Assembly: GCA_002633005.1 (NCBI GenBank)
Contig: NMRA01000174.1
Location: 456,030-520,029, forward strand
DNA length: 64,000 nucleotides
Origin: Phoronis australis
Lineage: Eukaryota > Animalia > Phoronida
Reading direction: 5' to 3'
Both the position numbers and the translations under genes were made by a program. Positions 62,325-64,000 of this stretch are shown here, piece by piece. Each line of letters opens with the position of its first letter. Position 1 is the stretch's first letter. The notes beneath the pieces were generated by a model. It was given only the letters and a program-made list of their open reading frames with translations. It was not told the origin of the DNA and did no database searches.

Positions 62325-63008
62325 GGTAGGTGTATACACTGATCAAATCTCCAGGTTCCTAACTAAAATGAGTAAAAAGGGAGTTTTAACTAGTTAGGCA
62401 TGATTCTGAAAGTGACAAAAATCGAAAAAAAAAATGTTTTTTTGTAGTTCGTTTTTTTTAAAAATCGTATTTTTTAATTTTCAACAAATCCAATTTTACC
62501 TCGATTTTTTTTTCAAAATGCATAGGGATCATCATCAACTATTTCCTTACGCAATATTCTACTTATCCATACCAAATATATGTACAAAATCATTATGATC
62601 TTGATTTTGTGGCATTTTTTGTGTGTGAGTTGGGGCAAGCACGCCACTTTTTGTCATTTGGTCACTTTCCCTCTAATAACTAAAAATCTGGTCCATTTAT
62701 CAAAAAACCCTGGCACGCGATTTTACTTCAGTCCAAGAGGATTTCAAATTTGCAACTTTCGTTAAAATTGACCCACGTGTTGTGGAAAAATAGGCCCNAG
62801 CTCCGCCCCAGTTGTCAATCACTGAGCTGGTGAGCACTCAAGCCATATGACTTACTGAGGTTTGGTCAAATATAGCTAAAAAAACAACTTTGGATTTTCA
62901 GAATGATTTTATTTTTCTTCAGTATACTGTGCATCAAGAATTAAAGATTAGGATGATATGAAAATGTAAAAAACAGTCAAAATTAATTTTTTTGTGTATC
63001 CACCTACC
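62325..63008. mobile_element. Kolobok-like non-autonomous DNA transposon (TTAA TSD, GG..CC ends)
   Basis: TTAA|ggtaggtgtatacac ... gtgtatccacctacc|TTAA; TIR 14/15. Confidence 0.85.
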
Positions 63009-63467
63009 TTAAGTGTCAGTTTTTCTCAATCTCAGACATTATTTCTAACCTGAATAAGGTACAAGTTGGGGCCAAATAGATAAAGGGTCATTTTGGACAG
63101 AGAATATTCTGGAAATTATCGAGCGAGCTGTCAAAATTCAAATATCTATCAGTGTCTTTCAACAACCTCTAATTTAAGTTCAGACGTGTTGTGTATGTCT
63201 CCACGTAAAGTACGCATTCTTGTGAGTGTGACACTTGCCCTATTGAAAGATGATTACTAATATTTCATCCGTTTAAATTTATTCTGAAAGAACTAGGTCA
63301 ACCCAACTCGTTTCCATGGCTTAGCCATCGAGTCAAATGCTGGCTGATGTAATGGGATCTTGTCATAAAGTTTGCTTCATAAAAATGACCTGTCCAAGAG
63401 ATTTAAATGAAAGTGATATTTGACGCATACGTCGGTACACCTATTGGTTTCCGGGAAAACACTTACT

Positions 63468-63562
63468 TCCATTTCTAACGAGGATAATAGTTTCATTTCT
63501 AACGAGGATAATAGTTACCAGCAGCAGCAGCGGCAGCGGCAGCAGCAGCAGCAGCAGCAGCA
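63468..63562. repeat. ~24-bp tandem duplication (catttctaacgaggataatagtt) followed by a (CAG/CGG)n microsatellite
   Basis: Seen directly in the sequence. Confidence 0.9.
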
Positions 63563-64000
63563 AAATGTCTCCCTATGTAAGAAATGCATATCCAGGAGGC
63601 GTACTGAGAAAGTTGACATTTGAGGAACTGTGTGACTTGGGCAGATTACAAAGGCACGTCGATTTAAATGTAATCCCGTCCCCTTACTAGTCACCACAAA
63701 AATGTAACCATCTCATACAGTCTTATTTGCACGTGAAGGATTTCTTAATATGCCCTGGCTCAGTTCGCTATACTGTGGGAAGCGTAAGTAGTTTTACTCA
63801 AAAAGTGGTTTCATTTAATTTCCCTGTTAGAGTGATTTATTCCTAAAACAAACATGCCATTGTACAGTTTAGTTGTATGTCGAATGCAAACTGTTCTTCA
63901 AATTAACCGAATAATTGATTTTCCACATGCAGAAATGAGGCACATCCCACCTGGACAAAGTCTGTGATAGTTAGACCTGGTTATTGCACCGAGTTTGTCA

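Noticed and set aside
63420-63697. PolyQ / polyC ORFs
   Set aside because: Produced by a CAG microsatellite; non-ATG start on the + strand, and no splice or domain support.

Overview
AT-rich, intron-containing animal genomic DNA, most likely a marine invertebrate/lophotrochozoan (inferred from the repeat types and protein families), with three N gaps. I reconstructed four protein-coding genes by reading GT-AG junctions and checking reading phase. (1) The 3' part of a + strand type I membrane protein: at least 2 Sushi/CCP domains, a C-type lectin domain, 5 more Sushi domains, a TM helix and an acidic tail (426-11084). (2) A ~1250-aa minus-strand, 25-exon SMP + four-C2 extended-synaptotagmin/tricalbin-like lipid-transfer protein (17135-47523). 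(3) A NuSAP1 homolog on the + strand, arranged head-to-head with gene 2, whose first coding exon is not visible (49813-57063). (4) A 72-aa Cys-rich hydrophobic microprotein (60784-61002, minus). Introns and intergenic DNA hold many non-autonomous DNA transposons with readable TIRs/TSDs (IS3EU-like, Kolobok-like, Harbinger-like, hAT-like with 5-bp TSD), a decayed Penelope-like retroelement, a LINE 3' end and simple repeats. I found no tRNA, rRNA or CRISPR, and no evidence for a multi-gene novel system. The best leads are the uncharacterised microprotein, the non-canonical SMP-C2 protein, a duplicated splice donor in NuSAP and the palindrome-packed IS3EU-like element. All family assignments come from motif recognition; no database search was run.
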